Origin: Thalia democratica
Taxonomy: Eukaryota
NCBI GenBank assembly: GCA_965202585.1
Contig: OZ241827.1
Span: forward strand, 45,694,001 to 45,758,000
DNA length: 64,000 nt
Reading direction: 5' to 3'
Below the pieces are notes generated by a model. The model was not told where the DNA came from. It did not search any database and saw only the letters and a program-made list of their open reading frames with translations. This document shows, one piece after another, positions 52,201 to 64,000 of this stretch; within the stretch, counting starts at the first letter, position 1; the number at the start of each line of letters is the position of its first letter. Made by a program: the position numbers and the translations under genes.

Positions 52201-55200
52201 TAAGACATGATTAAACAATATTGCTTACATAAAACATAACCTTCATACACACTTAGTATGTAAAAGACATTAGCATTTCAATCTTACTTAAGTATGTCGA
52301 GTACTACAAAAACTAACCTAATTAACTGTTTTTTAAGTAACAAGAAAAAAAATCCTATCTAGTGCTAATCTATTTAAACATGTATTCTAATAAAAAGTTA
52401 TAAAATTACATAAAAATTTTAAAATAGCACTTGCTTAAACAAAAACAGCGCTGTAGATTAAGAAAATGCAAAAAGTAACTGAAAAGTGTGTCGTTAAATA
52501 TTTTCTCATGTTCCCTTTTTTAATTTGCTTTTATATAAGTTTTAATTAAAAAAAGAAAAATATGTAGACTACAACAACATGATATACGTATTGATATACA
52601 TACAAATGATTTTGAGCCCTCTTAAAATAAACGGCGTCTATGAGTGACTACCTATACTATGGTAGAAGAATGGTGGGTTTTTTATTCCATTACTCAGGGT
52701 TGCCACTAATTTTTGAGAAATCTCTTACATGTTTTTGAAGGTAGAAGTTTTTGGGTCTATTTTTAGTTTAAAATTAAGTTTAAGGTAAAAAACTGTTAAA
52801 TAGTATAACAACATTGAAAAGATACTGTAAAGCTATTTTAATTTTGTTTTTTAACAAAAAATTTTTTGATGATGACAATTTTTTTATCTATATGATAGAC
52901 TTTAACAGTTCAAAATTTTGTTACTTAACATGTAATTTTTTTTTTCTAATTCGAGGTTTTTCCAGGTTTTGTGGCAACCCTGATTACTATAAGATAATCA
53001 AAAACAATTTTTTCAAAGTAAGATTAACTTGATGTTATTTTAATAGATAAAACTAGCCTGTGTGGTAACCATATTATTAGCGCTTTATTTTTTGACATAT
53101 AGAATGTTGGAAAAATATTTATGTATAAAAACTTGTACATTGATAAACTATACAAAAATACTAACAACGTCATAATTCATAAATAAAACATGCAGGCAAA
53201 ATTATATACGAGCTAAAAAATAATCACCTTATCATAAAAACGAAAGGCTCGCGTGGTACTTCTCGTGAAATAAACACTTTTTTGCCTTCAAACAACTTTT
53301 TGAAAGCTTTTGCCTCAGCTTGCTTCTCAACGTAGTCTTTCTCTGAAGCATCAGGATTTTCCTTTTTAAGAATTTCCAGTTCTTCGTCTAACTCGTCATT
53401 ATCATCATCTTCCACTGGACAGGCTCTAGTCAAGACTGCATTCAAAGAATTCACTGTCTGTTTGAAATAATAAGCGTTTTTTTCTTATCATATTTTCTAA
53501 ATTCGACAAGAGAATATTATCTACAAGTTCTTAACTGAGTTAACAAAAAGCAAATTTTCAGAAAAATACAAACAAGCACCTACATAAGATAAACAAAATA
53601 TATAACCAATTAAAAGTAAGAATATTTAAAAAGTTTACTTCAGAAGCCATCTCTTCTTTGTCACAGTAAAATTCTTCATCATCATTGTTAGATGCCTGCT
53701 TGGTGATGGACTTCAAGTTGAGTTTGGGCGGGTAGAACAAGTTTGCTTTCTGGTACAAACCGTACAATGCAAATCCCAGCATGGTGCTGCTGATCTCAGT
53801 GAAAGATGACATCACTTTGAAATCAACATCTGTCGGATGCTGCACAGAATTATTTCAAGTGTTTTTCTTTTTGCAGTTTTGTAGATTGAACCATAGTATG
53901 TAACTTATTGCAAATTTAACAAATAAATAAAAAACTACATTTTTGAATGAAAAGCATTGCTAATAAATTTTGAATAATGAAATTCAAAATACATAAATGT
54001 ATATTTAGTCTTTAGATAACATGTTGGTTTTTTTTAAAGTATATTGTGCTCTATACTTTATTGATAAAATAAAGCAAAGTATAAATTAAATACTTAATCT
54101 TTATTTATAAACAAAATTGACAAAATGAACTAATTATATAAATATATTTAAGCTTTATAGTTTTTGATTTTATTGTATTTCGATTACTTTCAGAGTTTTT
54201 CAAAATATTTTTTGTTAAGTGCAATAGGTTTGTACTTAATTCTGTAGTGTTAAAATTCTAGCGCCATGAGAAATATCATGTTGATTATAAAGTTTCACTA
54301 CGACTATTTTGAAAAAAATTATAAAAAGTTATTTAATATAATTAACAGGATAAACCATAGATAAACAGGAGATTTACGTTAATGGCTTAATTGTGCAAAA
54401 AAAATATCTTAAAGCATAATTAATTTTTTACACATTGGATGTTTTTATTTCATGAACTTGATTTAAGTTAAATGTACATAATAAAATAAACTAGAAAATT
54501 AAACATTGATTGAAACCGTAAAAACTAATTCATATTTATAAGTTAGTATCTATAATTTAATTGAAAACCAAACATTGAATAAAGACTGTCTAAAAAAAAT
54601 TCTTAATTAAAATATATTTTACTAACAGCATGTGGGTTTGGATGAGCAACAATCCAAGTAACTTTATGCCCCATAATATCTGCTTGGTAATAATAACCTT
54701 TGATAGAAATGAAAACTTTGCTCAAGCTTCTTGTCATCATCACATAATGCATAAATTCAACTTAAAAAAATTGGTTTATCACAGATTAATTAAAGTAATT
54801 TAAAAGTAAAAATGTTCATTATATATCATACTGAGTTAAAAAACTACTGTTTTTGAAAAACCTGATCTTTAATCACCTTAATAAATAAAAGAGTAGTAAG
54901 TAAGTGGTCACTGAAACATTTTTAATTCATTTTAGTTAATTTTTTGTATTTAATTTGATAACTACTGATTATCTTACAAAAAATCATTTCGTAACAAATA
55001 TATAGATTGAATTTTATTAGTTACACAACTTTTACAAAATAAATCAAATAATTATTGCTTGTATAATTAAAACTCCATAACTCATATTACTTTTAATCTT
55101 ACAGAAACTTACCTGTTAATCTACGGCACATCTCAATAGTTTCTACATAAATACGTCCGGATTTCGGGAGACGAGCAAAAAGAAAATTAAGATTCAACGC

Positions 55201-58200
55201 GTCATCAAGGTCTTCAATAGCAGCATCGAGAGATGGGTATCTGAATAAAATAGTTTTAGTAAGAAATAACAAAACTGTTTTGAATTACGCCACTCACCTT
55301 TCAAGAACAATGTGATCCAAAGTATGGGTCGGCCTGCCTTCACGGATCGCTGCTGCCCTCGTTTTGTCATCACGAGCTTCTGCTTTTCTCAGTTTTCTTG
55401 CAAAAATCTACATGGGATTTTAATCAATTTACAAATAAACAATTAAAGCAATCAAATAAACAAAAAACCTTAATTAAATTTTTAATTATTTATAAAGCAC
55501 TTTATAGAAAGTAAGTTTGAACTTATAGATTTCATAAAGTTAAATATCCAAACTAAGTTTAAATAAAAAATTGAGTTTTTCTAACTGCGTTTTCCTTTTA
55601 CAAAACTTACCAAAAATAAACTAAGGGTCGGCTGCAGTAGTAGGTTTTAGAAATTATTTTATTCATAACATTATGCAAACGAGGTAAATTAATAATACAG
55701 CAATACATATATACCCCTATCCTTAACCCATTTTACCCAAAATTTTTAATCTGCAGCTTTACCTTTAAACCACATTACCCGAAAATATATCAAATAATTC
55801 AAAAAAGTTTTATTTATTTAAAATTAAAACAAAATTTTAAATAGAGAGAAGTAAAATTCAAGCCGATCAGAAGCGCCTAAAATTTGCAGCTGACAGATAA
55901 AATAACTTTTCAACAGTTTTAATGCAGATGTACTGTACATTTTGAGTTAATTTTTGATTTAAGTTTTGACCTAAAATTCATAAAAATACGACGAAACACA
56001 ACTTAAATTTATCTAAAAAGTTACTATACAAATGACTGTCTACTAATTATTTTGACGTAACCAAAAAATTGTGTTGGTATTGTTTTGAAACAAAAATTGA
56101 ATGTAAAAAAAAGATTTAAATTGGCAAGAAAACAATTTTAATATTTAATTAACAATTTATAGTTAGCATACAAACATAAAGGAATTTACAAATCAAAAAG
56201 TTTTTCAAATACAACAATTTATTTCTAAAAAAACTCATTACAGATATGCAAAACAATACTAACATAATGAAAAATATGTGTAAAAATCAAATACAATATT
56301 TTCTAAATCTATACTTAATTCTTTATATTCAAAATTTAGTACAAACTTTGTATTGACGAAATTTATCAATGACTGGTTCATGCATGATGTATTGGATGTC
56401 TTTGAGGAAATAGAATGTTTTGTTTGACGTGCTTCCTTTATTTACCTGCAAAAACAAAATTGATCAAATATAATTCATATCGTACTTAATTACTATTACA
56501 ATGAATTTTAATTTAAAAAGTAAATATTATTATTTTGTCTATTTGCCAAAAACTGCATTAATATTCAAACAATTTATAAGAAGAAATTAAATAGAACATT
56601 TTTCCTTTTAGTGAGAAAATTTAAATGCAAGTTACCTTCTTTTTGTTTTCTGGTTGACGAGGGTATATGCCTTTAAATATACACAGGCGTCTGAAGTCAG
56701 CAAGACTCAGTTGCAGCCTCTTACATGCCTTTTTTCTTGAAATGTACTGGGTGGCTGCTCCAGATTGAAACTGTTGTCAAGTTGTTAGTCAGTTAACAAA
56801 ATCTACATGTAACCAATTAATCTTTAAAATAGTAATTTTTTTTTTTTTTTCTGAAAACTACTTTTTTTTATATACTCAAAAAAAAATCTAGGTTGAAAAA
56901 CAAAAACTGAGGAAGTATTTTGAATTTTTTTTATTCACTAGTAGGTCTGAATTTTGTAAAAGATAATAAATAAGTAAGTTAGATCAAGACCGTTAGTTCA
57001 TGTTAAAGTTTTGCAGTTTAGTTAAAATTTGAATTTTTTTAGCTGTTAATGAAACTTGGTACTATATCAAACTCAAAAAAAAATTTTTGTATACTATATC
57101 CTTAATTTTATTCAAGTTTAGATAACTAGTTGTTTTGATTTACTATTAAGCCTCATATTTAAATATATATAATTTTAAAGAAGTGGGAATCTGTATTTAC
57201 TTTAACAGTTACGAAAATATGTATGTATTTTTAGCCACAATTAAAAAAAAGTTTTAAATTAATATGTTAAGTAAATATACTTAAAAGTACAAAACTTATA
57301 CTTTCTCTTTTAAAAGTTAAACTTTAAAGTACTTAACATGTGATATATACAAAAAAATGTCATAAGAAGTTTAAAATATCAAAACATTTAGTGCTTGTGG
57401 TAACATTAGCAAAAGTCTACAGAAACGAAGCCTGAACTTTCATATGCAGTGAGACAAGATCAAGTTTACAAGGCTTGATCAAACCAATTCGATCATCAGA
57501 CCACAAGCTTTTGGTAGACTGAGACTGGTTTCGTCCTGATTAGAGCTCATCAGTTAGTCACAACCGAAAAAAAAAACCAGATGTCTTGCCTAGTGGATAA
57601 TGTATTGAACTTTGCACGGTGCTGGCGTCACTGATCAATGCCAGCAAATGGACCCTTCATGCTTGCATGTATAAACCTTTTGTAGATTGAAGACTGTAAG
57701 TTTTTTGGTTGTGACTGACTGATGAGTCCTAATCAGGACGAAACCGGTCTCAGTCTACCTAAAGCTTGTGACCATTCAAAAATGATTGAATTGGTTTGAT
57801 CAAGCCTTGTAAACTTGAGCTTGTCTCACGGCAAATGAAATGTTTTTGTTGATTGTAGTAATTAAGAAAGCAGCTTTAAATTACTCAAAAAAAATATTTA
57901 GGTTTATTCAGAAAAACTTAATAAAGTATGAAAAATAATTAACAACTCAAAATTTTTTTTTTAAACACACTTAATTTAATTAATTTTAATACCTCGTACA
58001 TTTTACTTTTTTTTAAACTGTATTCAATGCATATTGTCTATAGCTTGAATGTACTTTATAATATACTTAATTTTAGAACATTACATAATCTTGATTAATA
58101 AAACCAGGAGCAAAATTAATTCAATGTTTGTATTTTGTTGATTTTAACAGACAACATATTGCTGAAGCTTGTTTTTTAAATTCAGTGAAAAAACTCTTGT

Positions 58201-59040
58201 ATATATTTTTAATAAGTAATTTTTTAAAACCTATAAAAGGTTTTAGACTATCTCAAATTTTTGAATTTATGTATGTTTTCAATATTTAATTTTATCAATT
58301 TTTTTTAACTAATAAAGTTTCAGTACAAAAATTTATACATTTTTTGAATTGATAAAAAATATCATTTAAGTTTCATACATTTGAGTATAAAAAATTATTC
58401 ATATCAAGGATAGACAAAAACATTTTTTATCTTTTAAATTTTTTAAAATATATTATACATATTTAAATTTGATTTAAAACAATAAACAACAAGAGTATAG
58501 GGAAGATAAGAAATTTTTTTCACATATAGATAAATTTCAAAAATATTAAAGTTAAATACAATTACAGGATACAGTTTAAAATAATATTTAAGATTTAAAA
58601 GCAGATAGTTATAAAGTTTTTTAGATTGTTTATGGTCAAATAAAAAAGACGAAAATGACTATTTCATTAAAATCAATTTTATCTGACAGTTTTTAAGAAG
58701 CTCTTATAAGTTTATCTTAACTTAGTAACAATCATATTGTGGGAACTAATTTTTTTTTGGTAATAATGTGTTTTCTTAATGATTACAATACATTTTCTAT
58801 AGTGCATGGTTACCTGAAATTTTATGGTCAACACTTAAAAAATTTAAGAAAATGTATTTTGACATTCTTATTTTCCAAAAAATATGGTTCTTAAGATATA
58901 TTCTATTCTGTCTAAAAATGACCTAGAGTTATATTTAAAAATTTCAAATAAGACCTTATATTAGATTTATAAAAAAAAAATATTAGACTTAAATTTAAAA
59001 ATTTATAAAATAACATTACCTTTTTCTTCATCTGCCCCAT
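49244..59040 (-). CDS. PES1: Pescadillo homolog (PeBoW complex, BRCT domain)
   Basis: 14 exons, all GT-AG and in phase: 59020-59040, 56636-56770, 56347-56445, 55298-55407, 55113-55240, 54627-54760, 53639-53839, 53228-53457, 52063-52194, 50664-50851, 50398-50510, 50197-50280, 49944-50045, 49244-49321. Motifs [52 protein letters not shown]. Confidence 0.96.
50925..51558. mobile_element. Kolobok/T2-like MITE in PES1 intron; sister copy 61634-62308 (3'-truncated)
   Basis: GTAA|GGCCATAAGG...CCCCCTATGGCC|TTAA; long internal similarity to 61634-62308. Confidence 0.8.
51579..51934. mobile_element. pogo/Tigger-like MITE
   Basis: TA|CAGTATACTACCGCTTAAGTACGCA...TGCGTACTTAAGCGGTAGTGTACTG|TA; AAGTACGCAC subrepeats. 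Confidence 0.9.
52695..52982. mobile_element. hAT-like MITE with 6-bp TSD
   Basis: CAGGGTTGCC / GGCAACCCTG; flanks attact / attact. Confidence 0.85.
57517..57559 (-). ncRNA. Type I minimal hammerhead ribozyme (partly mismatched stems)
   Basis: GACTAA-CTGATGA-GCTCT(AATC)AGGAC-GAAAC-CA-GTC^TCAGTC on the minus strand, i.e. the PES1 sense strand. Confidence 0.8.
57713..57755 (+). ncRNA. Type I minimal hammerhead ribozyme (intact consensus)
   Basis: GACTGA-CTGATGA-GTCCT(AATC)AGGAC-GAAAC-CG-GTC^TCAGTC: perfect 6-bp helix I, 5-bp helix II, palindromic helix III ACCGGT. Predicted cut after 57749. Confidence 0.92.
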
Positions 59041-59336
59041 TTTATTTGATTTGTGCTATATTATAACTGTAATAAATGAAGAGTTTATAAACAAACTATT
59101 ATTATTATACTTTAATAATCACAATGGTATCTTAAACAATATCACAGAGCAACATATAATTTTTTCAATTCGTAATTAGGTATTTTGAAACATAGAAACA
59201 AAAAAGTTAGCTTTTTTAAACACATGGTACTAGAAACTTATGTATGAAAATTTGTGGTATGAAAACTTAAGACCACAAAATATTAACTAGCACTCATAGG
59301 AAAAACAAAAAATTATTTCAAAGGTTTATTAGCAGA

Positions 59337-60038
59337 TTACTCTGGCTTGCTTAGAGCCAAAATTGTGAAACGAAGTTCCGAAGGATCTCTTGCCATGAAC
59401 TTCTTACAAACTGCAGCAGCGTCACTGACAAAATCTACTTCTGATGTTGGTCCATGATTGATTGGAAAGTTTTTGCGGCCATCTAACTCATACAGTGAAC
59501 CATCCTTGTGCACAAGTGCTACAAAGTGTAAATCAACTGGTGTTTCTGCAGACATGGCTGGAGTTTCTCCACTTTGTGCTGCATCGGTGTGTGCCTTTGT
59601 AAATGATGTGTCTGACTCAAGAGTTTTACCAATATCTTCAGGGCTTAGCCCTTTCACCTTGTCAAAAAAGTTCTTGAACACCGAATTGTCAGTCAGCAAG
59701 ATTTTATCTCTAGAATTTCCTAGGGCATGGATCACACCAATTGTTCCACAAGCGTTTCCTATAGTCTGCTTCATATAAAACACATCAGAGCTTAGTGTTT
59801 GTCCATTTTTTTCTATTGTGTTATTTTCTTCAATGCAGAATGATTTATAAGTATCAGTTATAGGAAAAAGTAAAATAAAGGCACAACAAGGTTTAGGAAC
59901 CATGCACAAAAGTTCAGGATCAACTCCATATACATCACTAAATGTCCAACCATTTTTCACACCAAGAGTATTTATATATGAAGTCATAGTTTCTGGATTA
60001 GACTCGAGTGGAGACCAACGAACATTTGTTGAACTCAT
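59337..60038 (-). CDS. UCHL3: Ubiquitin carboxyl-terminal hydrolase (UCH-L3/L1 type), intronless, 233 aa
   Basis: WSPLESNP start; KQTIGNACGTIG (catalytic Cys), DLHFVAL (His), YELDGRK (Asp); C-terminal ELRFTILAL. Confidence 0.93.
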   Translation of the reverse strand: MSSTNVRWSPLESNPETMTSYINTLGVKNGWTFSDVYGVDPELLCMVPKPCCAFILLFPITDTYKSFCIEENNTIEKNGQTLSSDVFYMKQTIGNACGTIGVIHALGNSRDKILLTDNSVFKNFFDKVKGLSPEDIGKTLESDTSFTKAHTDAAQSGETPAMSAETPVDLHFVALVHKDGSLYELDGRKNFPINHGPTSEVDFVSDAAAVCKKFMARDPSELRFTILALSKPE

Positions 60039-62393
60039 TTTATGATTTATATACAGCTAAAAATTATTTTATTATTATAAATTTAGATAAGGGATTCCAT
60101 TTATGAAAATTACCATTAATAAACTGACTTAGTAATAACATGTAATAAACATTTTGGTAGAATGTTATTGTTAAACTAATTCTTATCAAACTACATAAGT
60201 TAAATATTTATACCAAACTAATCCAGTTTAATCAAAGATGAACAAAAAGTAGAAAAGGCAGAAAAAAGGCTTATTTAAGTATAAATGCCTAAATATTAGT
60301 GCTTTACTAAATCCAAATGCCATTGCAATTATAAATTAGTTTAACCAAATCCAGACCTTTAAACTTAGTTGAAGTCCAAATAAAACCAGATAGGACTTAA
60401 TTTTTAATCAAAACCAGCTCCTACAGGATTTAAATACATTGTTGAAATTAAAATCTAGTTGGATACTGATCTTGTCAAGCTAGAATCAGATCAGGCATTT
60501 GGACCTGGAAATACACAAAATTATCATACAATACTTAACTGACATAATACCTAGGAAAAATCAAAATAGCTTAATATTTACAAAAAAAGTTCGAACTAGG
60601 CTGAGTCAGCCTGAGTTTTTCAATTAAGTCCATACTAGAATGAGTTTATCAAAGATTTAAATTTTAATTAACTATTACAAGTGTGTGCCAAAAAAAATTG
60701 TCAGATGTTTACATTTTTCTGTGCTTTTTTTATATTTGGGAGTTTACCAACTTTTAAAATACTTTTTATTTAATTTTTTATGTAAAATTTCTAAAAACTT
60801 GATGGAATTCTTAATGTTGAATTTTGTTTCAAAACAACATACGTTACACAAATCTGCCAAAAGTGAAAAAAGACTGCTTTAATATAACAATTTTGATTTA
60901 AACCCATCAGCACTTGAGATCAACAACTATGGTAGAAAAATTTTCAACTTTCAAAGGTTAGATACATATTCTTTCTATACAGTTGCTACTGTTTGAAGCA
61001 AACTAGCCAGAGTAAATCTAAAGCATGTATTCTCTATAATTACCTTATTAATATTAATGGCAAACTAACTACAACTACATACAAATGAAAGCAAATTTTT
61101 TGACAAAAAAAAAATTATTTATCCAGGTAAAAGGGAATCTATCAATGTTTATTAGTATTATACACTCTAAAATTAACTTAAACACTAACGCTTTTATAAC
61201 TTCATTAGTATTTACGTAAAAGTTAAAAATTATAATCAGATTTACATTTAGATTGATACCTAAAAGAGCTATAAATATTAATAAATATATATATTTTATT
61301 TTATGAAACTGTTATCATAAAAAACGCCATCATTATAACTTTGAAATATAGATTTAACACAAGTTTTTTAAATTAATTAAAAATTTAAAAAACTTGAAGA
61401 CTTTATACTATAATTTTTAACAGAGTCTTAAAATATATGATCTTTTAAAAAGTACTAATAATATACACCATAAAATTAATTTTTTCTTTTGTCAAGATTA
61501 ACTTTATGTTTCTTTTTATGAAAAAAAAGTGTCAGCAATACTTGATTGAGTCTAATTACTACTTCCAATTTTTTTTTTTGCAACATTAAATATATATTGT
61601 TTTTGTAACTTAAGTAATATAAATTTAACTTAAGGCCAACAGTGGGGTAAGCCATGTTATTTACAAATTGATCTTATTCTATAGAATTTTTTCTAAGCTT
61701 TAAGATGCTTTTTATGGTTTTAAAAAATTCAAGTTATTTTTTGAGATATAACCAGTAAAAGTTGGGCCGCACAATAGGTTCCCTATCCCTATGGGAAGGG
61801 AAATTAAAACAGCAAAAAAGACTATTTGGTTTAAAATCTACCTCCTTCTACATTTTTCAAGCAATCTTCTTCGAATTTTCACAGTCTAATCTTTATACAA
61901 AAACAAAAAAAAAGTTACTTGTGAATTTAAAAATATTCAAGTAAAATGTTGTTTTTTTTTTGAAAAAAAAATTTTTTTTTTAGTTTTTGTCATAAAATCT
62001 TATATTTTTTAATTTTCAAAATTCATAAGAAATATTTTTTCTTATAATGTAAGGAACATTTCCTGAAAATTTGAAGAAGATTGCTTGAAAAATGAGGGAG
62101 ATAGAATTTTAGTTATTTTTTAAATTTCTGAGAAAATTGACCTGAAAAATTTACAGTCCATACATTTGTATCGGAAACTTTTTACAAACAAATTAAATAT
62201 CTCATAAGTTTAATGATATTTTTTAATTGTATAAAACCTGGCTTATAGTTTGTAATTAAAGCTTTCATATAAAAGTTTAAGTTAATCTTTGTAAAAAAAA
62301 AAGTGTTTTATAGTTTAAAAGCTCTATATCACAAATCCCTTTGACTGTAAAATTTTTACAATCATCACCAAATTCGTCCACTTAGCTATTAAT

Positions 62394-62633
62394 ATGTTTT
62401 ACATTTGTTGTACTCCAAAATCAAAAAAGATGCATGATTGTATTTCTGCATATTCAGAATCCATCAATTTACAGTGGACCAAGGCATTTGGTGAAGGATA
62501 TGTTCTATCAAAAACCCAATTGAAACAAAACTTGATTTTAGAAGTAAATAATTATTTTTTTAAACTGTATGTGGGGCGATTCCAAAAGAAATCAAAAAAG
62601 AAAGGTGTCCTAAGAAACAATATAATTCTATAA
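62394..62633 (+). pseudogene. Possible DNA-transposon protein fragment
   Basis: The peptide LQWTKAFGEGYVLSKTQLKQNL...NNYFFKLY resembles N-terminal regions of invertebrate transposon proteins (impression only). It abuts the truncated end of a MITE. Confidence 0.3.
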
Positions 62634-63920
62634 AAAAAAAAATTGGAACAACTATCAACTCAGAAAACCTTACCATATTTTTCTTCTATGAATATAGTTT
62701 AGTTTAATATTTTTATATTCTTTAACAACAAATTAATTGATAGTTAATATCAACCCAATACCTGGTAAAATGTAAATCTACTATGTGTATGTTATAGCTG
62801 TTAGGAAGGTATAAGCTTTTATGTGCCATATACATATAAGTTTATACCCTGTTTTGAGCTAAATCTTGTAAGTAGCATTTATGTGAAGTAAATACAATAA
62901 TTAACTGCTAGGAGTTTAAAACTAAAAAGGATTTAATACAGATCTTTTAAACTAAAGAATAAAACATTTAAACAAACTAACAAATTTAGCTTTGATTCAT
63001 TTTTATGTAAAAACTTATAATGTGATGTGAAAATAATAACATATTTAAACCTAATTTAAAAAAAAGTGTTAGAATAAAAAACTACTTTTTAGTAAAAAAA
63101 AATTTTCACTTATTTTAATAAATTTACATGCATTTCCTCTAATCATGGTTGCCACAGATCAAGCTGAGAAAAATTTCTCGACTTTTTCTAAAACAAACTC
63201 TTAATTTAAACCTATTCTAAAATACATAACTATCTAAAGCTTTTAATATTATTTTTATACAGGTTAAAACAACAGTTTTTTGCTAAATTAAATCATCTAA
63301 CTTCCATAACATCACTTAAACCATTTGTGTATGATTGATATATTTTCAATAAACAGTTCTACCAGCAAAATATAGTCAGACTTAGCATAAAAGTTGTAAA
63401 ATAACCTAAAGGTAATTAAATCTAAAAATAAAAAATGTTTATATAAAACATGTGATACTTATATAAATTGTTCACTTAGCTTAATAAAATACTACCTAAA
63501 CCATGTAACATAAAATCCTTAATTTAAAAATAAATTAGAAAAGAATATACTTAAGTAATTGTAAAAAAATAAGTAAAAATGTAAAGTATATACCTGTTAT
63601 ATAAAATATTTCCTGTTATCATTTGGTATAAAAATTGAAACAAATAAATCCACTCTATTTATCAAAAAATAAGATATTCTACAAAAAATTACAATGGAAT
63701 ATACCTCTTTTTTAACTTATTATTCAAGTTTAAACAACTTAAAAAAATTATAAAGAGGTAAAGTATTTACATAAACTTGTTATATAAGATACTTAACTTA
63801 GTGCTTAATTATGAAGAACTTAAATATTTACATAAAAAAAGCACTTTAATTCTAACTCTGCAATATAAACTTTTGTGTATATATCACAGTTACACTGTGG
63901 AAGTTTTTTTTTGCCACAGA

Positions 63921-64000
63921 CGGGGTTGCCAAATTTTTTGTCAAATTTCCTCCAGGTTTTTAAAATTACATGTTTTAGGGTCTATTTTTAGTTTAAAATT
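63921..64000. mobile_element. Left end of a GGGTTGCC-family MITE running off the window
   Basis: CGGGGTTGCCAAA followed by CCAGG.TTT and GGGTCTATTTTTAGTTTAAAATT, shared with 52695-52982. Confidence 0.6.

Larger units (their letters stand above)
57438..57840. mobile_element. Inverted pair of hammerhead-bearing repeats (Penelope-like pseudo-LTR remnant) in PES1 intron 1
   Basis: Arms ~57438-57566 and ~57705-57840 are inverted copies around a ~135-nt spacer; each contains an HHR core. Confidence 0.85.

Noticed and set aside
60300-60507. Terminal exon of a gene upstream of UCHL3 (acceptor TATTTCCAG, then GPNA*)
   Set aside because: Plausible, but no upstream exons could be linked within the window.
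15534-61944. Short ORFs at 15534, 21485, 23167, 31043, 43766, 44031 and 61762
   Set aside because: They fall within MITEs or repeats and translate low-complexity or subrepeat DNA.
1-64000. tRNA, rRNA, CRISPR arrays, intact transposase or RT genes
   Set aside because: None seen; the repeats are eukaryotic MITE subrepeats without a spacer structure.

Overview
AT-rich animal genomic DNA, most likely from an ascidian (tunicate): an exact copy of the Ciona-type 16-nt spliced leader (ATTCTATTTGAATAAG) sits at 17761-17776. There are six protein-coding genes. On + is the 3' half of a PLEKHG4/puratrophin-like RhoGEF (294-5745). On - are a 6-exon calmodulin-like gene (14416-23078), intronless ZNF277 (24656-26401), intronless FDXR (27909-29381), 14-exon PES1/pescadillo (49244-59040) and intronless UCHL3-like (59337-60038). 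UCHL3-PES1 look like a trans-spliced operon. Introns and intergenic DNA are packed with non-autonomous DNA transposons (hAT with 8-bp and 6-bp TSDs, Kolobok/T2-like TTAA, pogo-like TA), plus a decayed LINE ORF1 inside a hAT shell. The most striking signal is three independent, very short hammerhead-ribozyme (HHR) elements. One (17691-17857) has the spliced leader fused directly to the ribozyme, one (35582-35687) has a 12-bp TSD, and one (57438-57840) is an inverted HHR pair. Together they point to a family of minimal, apparently trans-spliced, ribozyme-bearing retroelements (Penelope/retrozyme-like). All calls were made by eye; none are database-verified.
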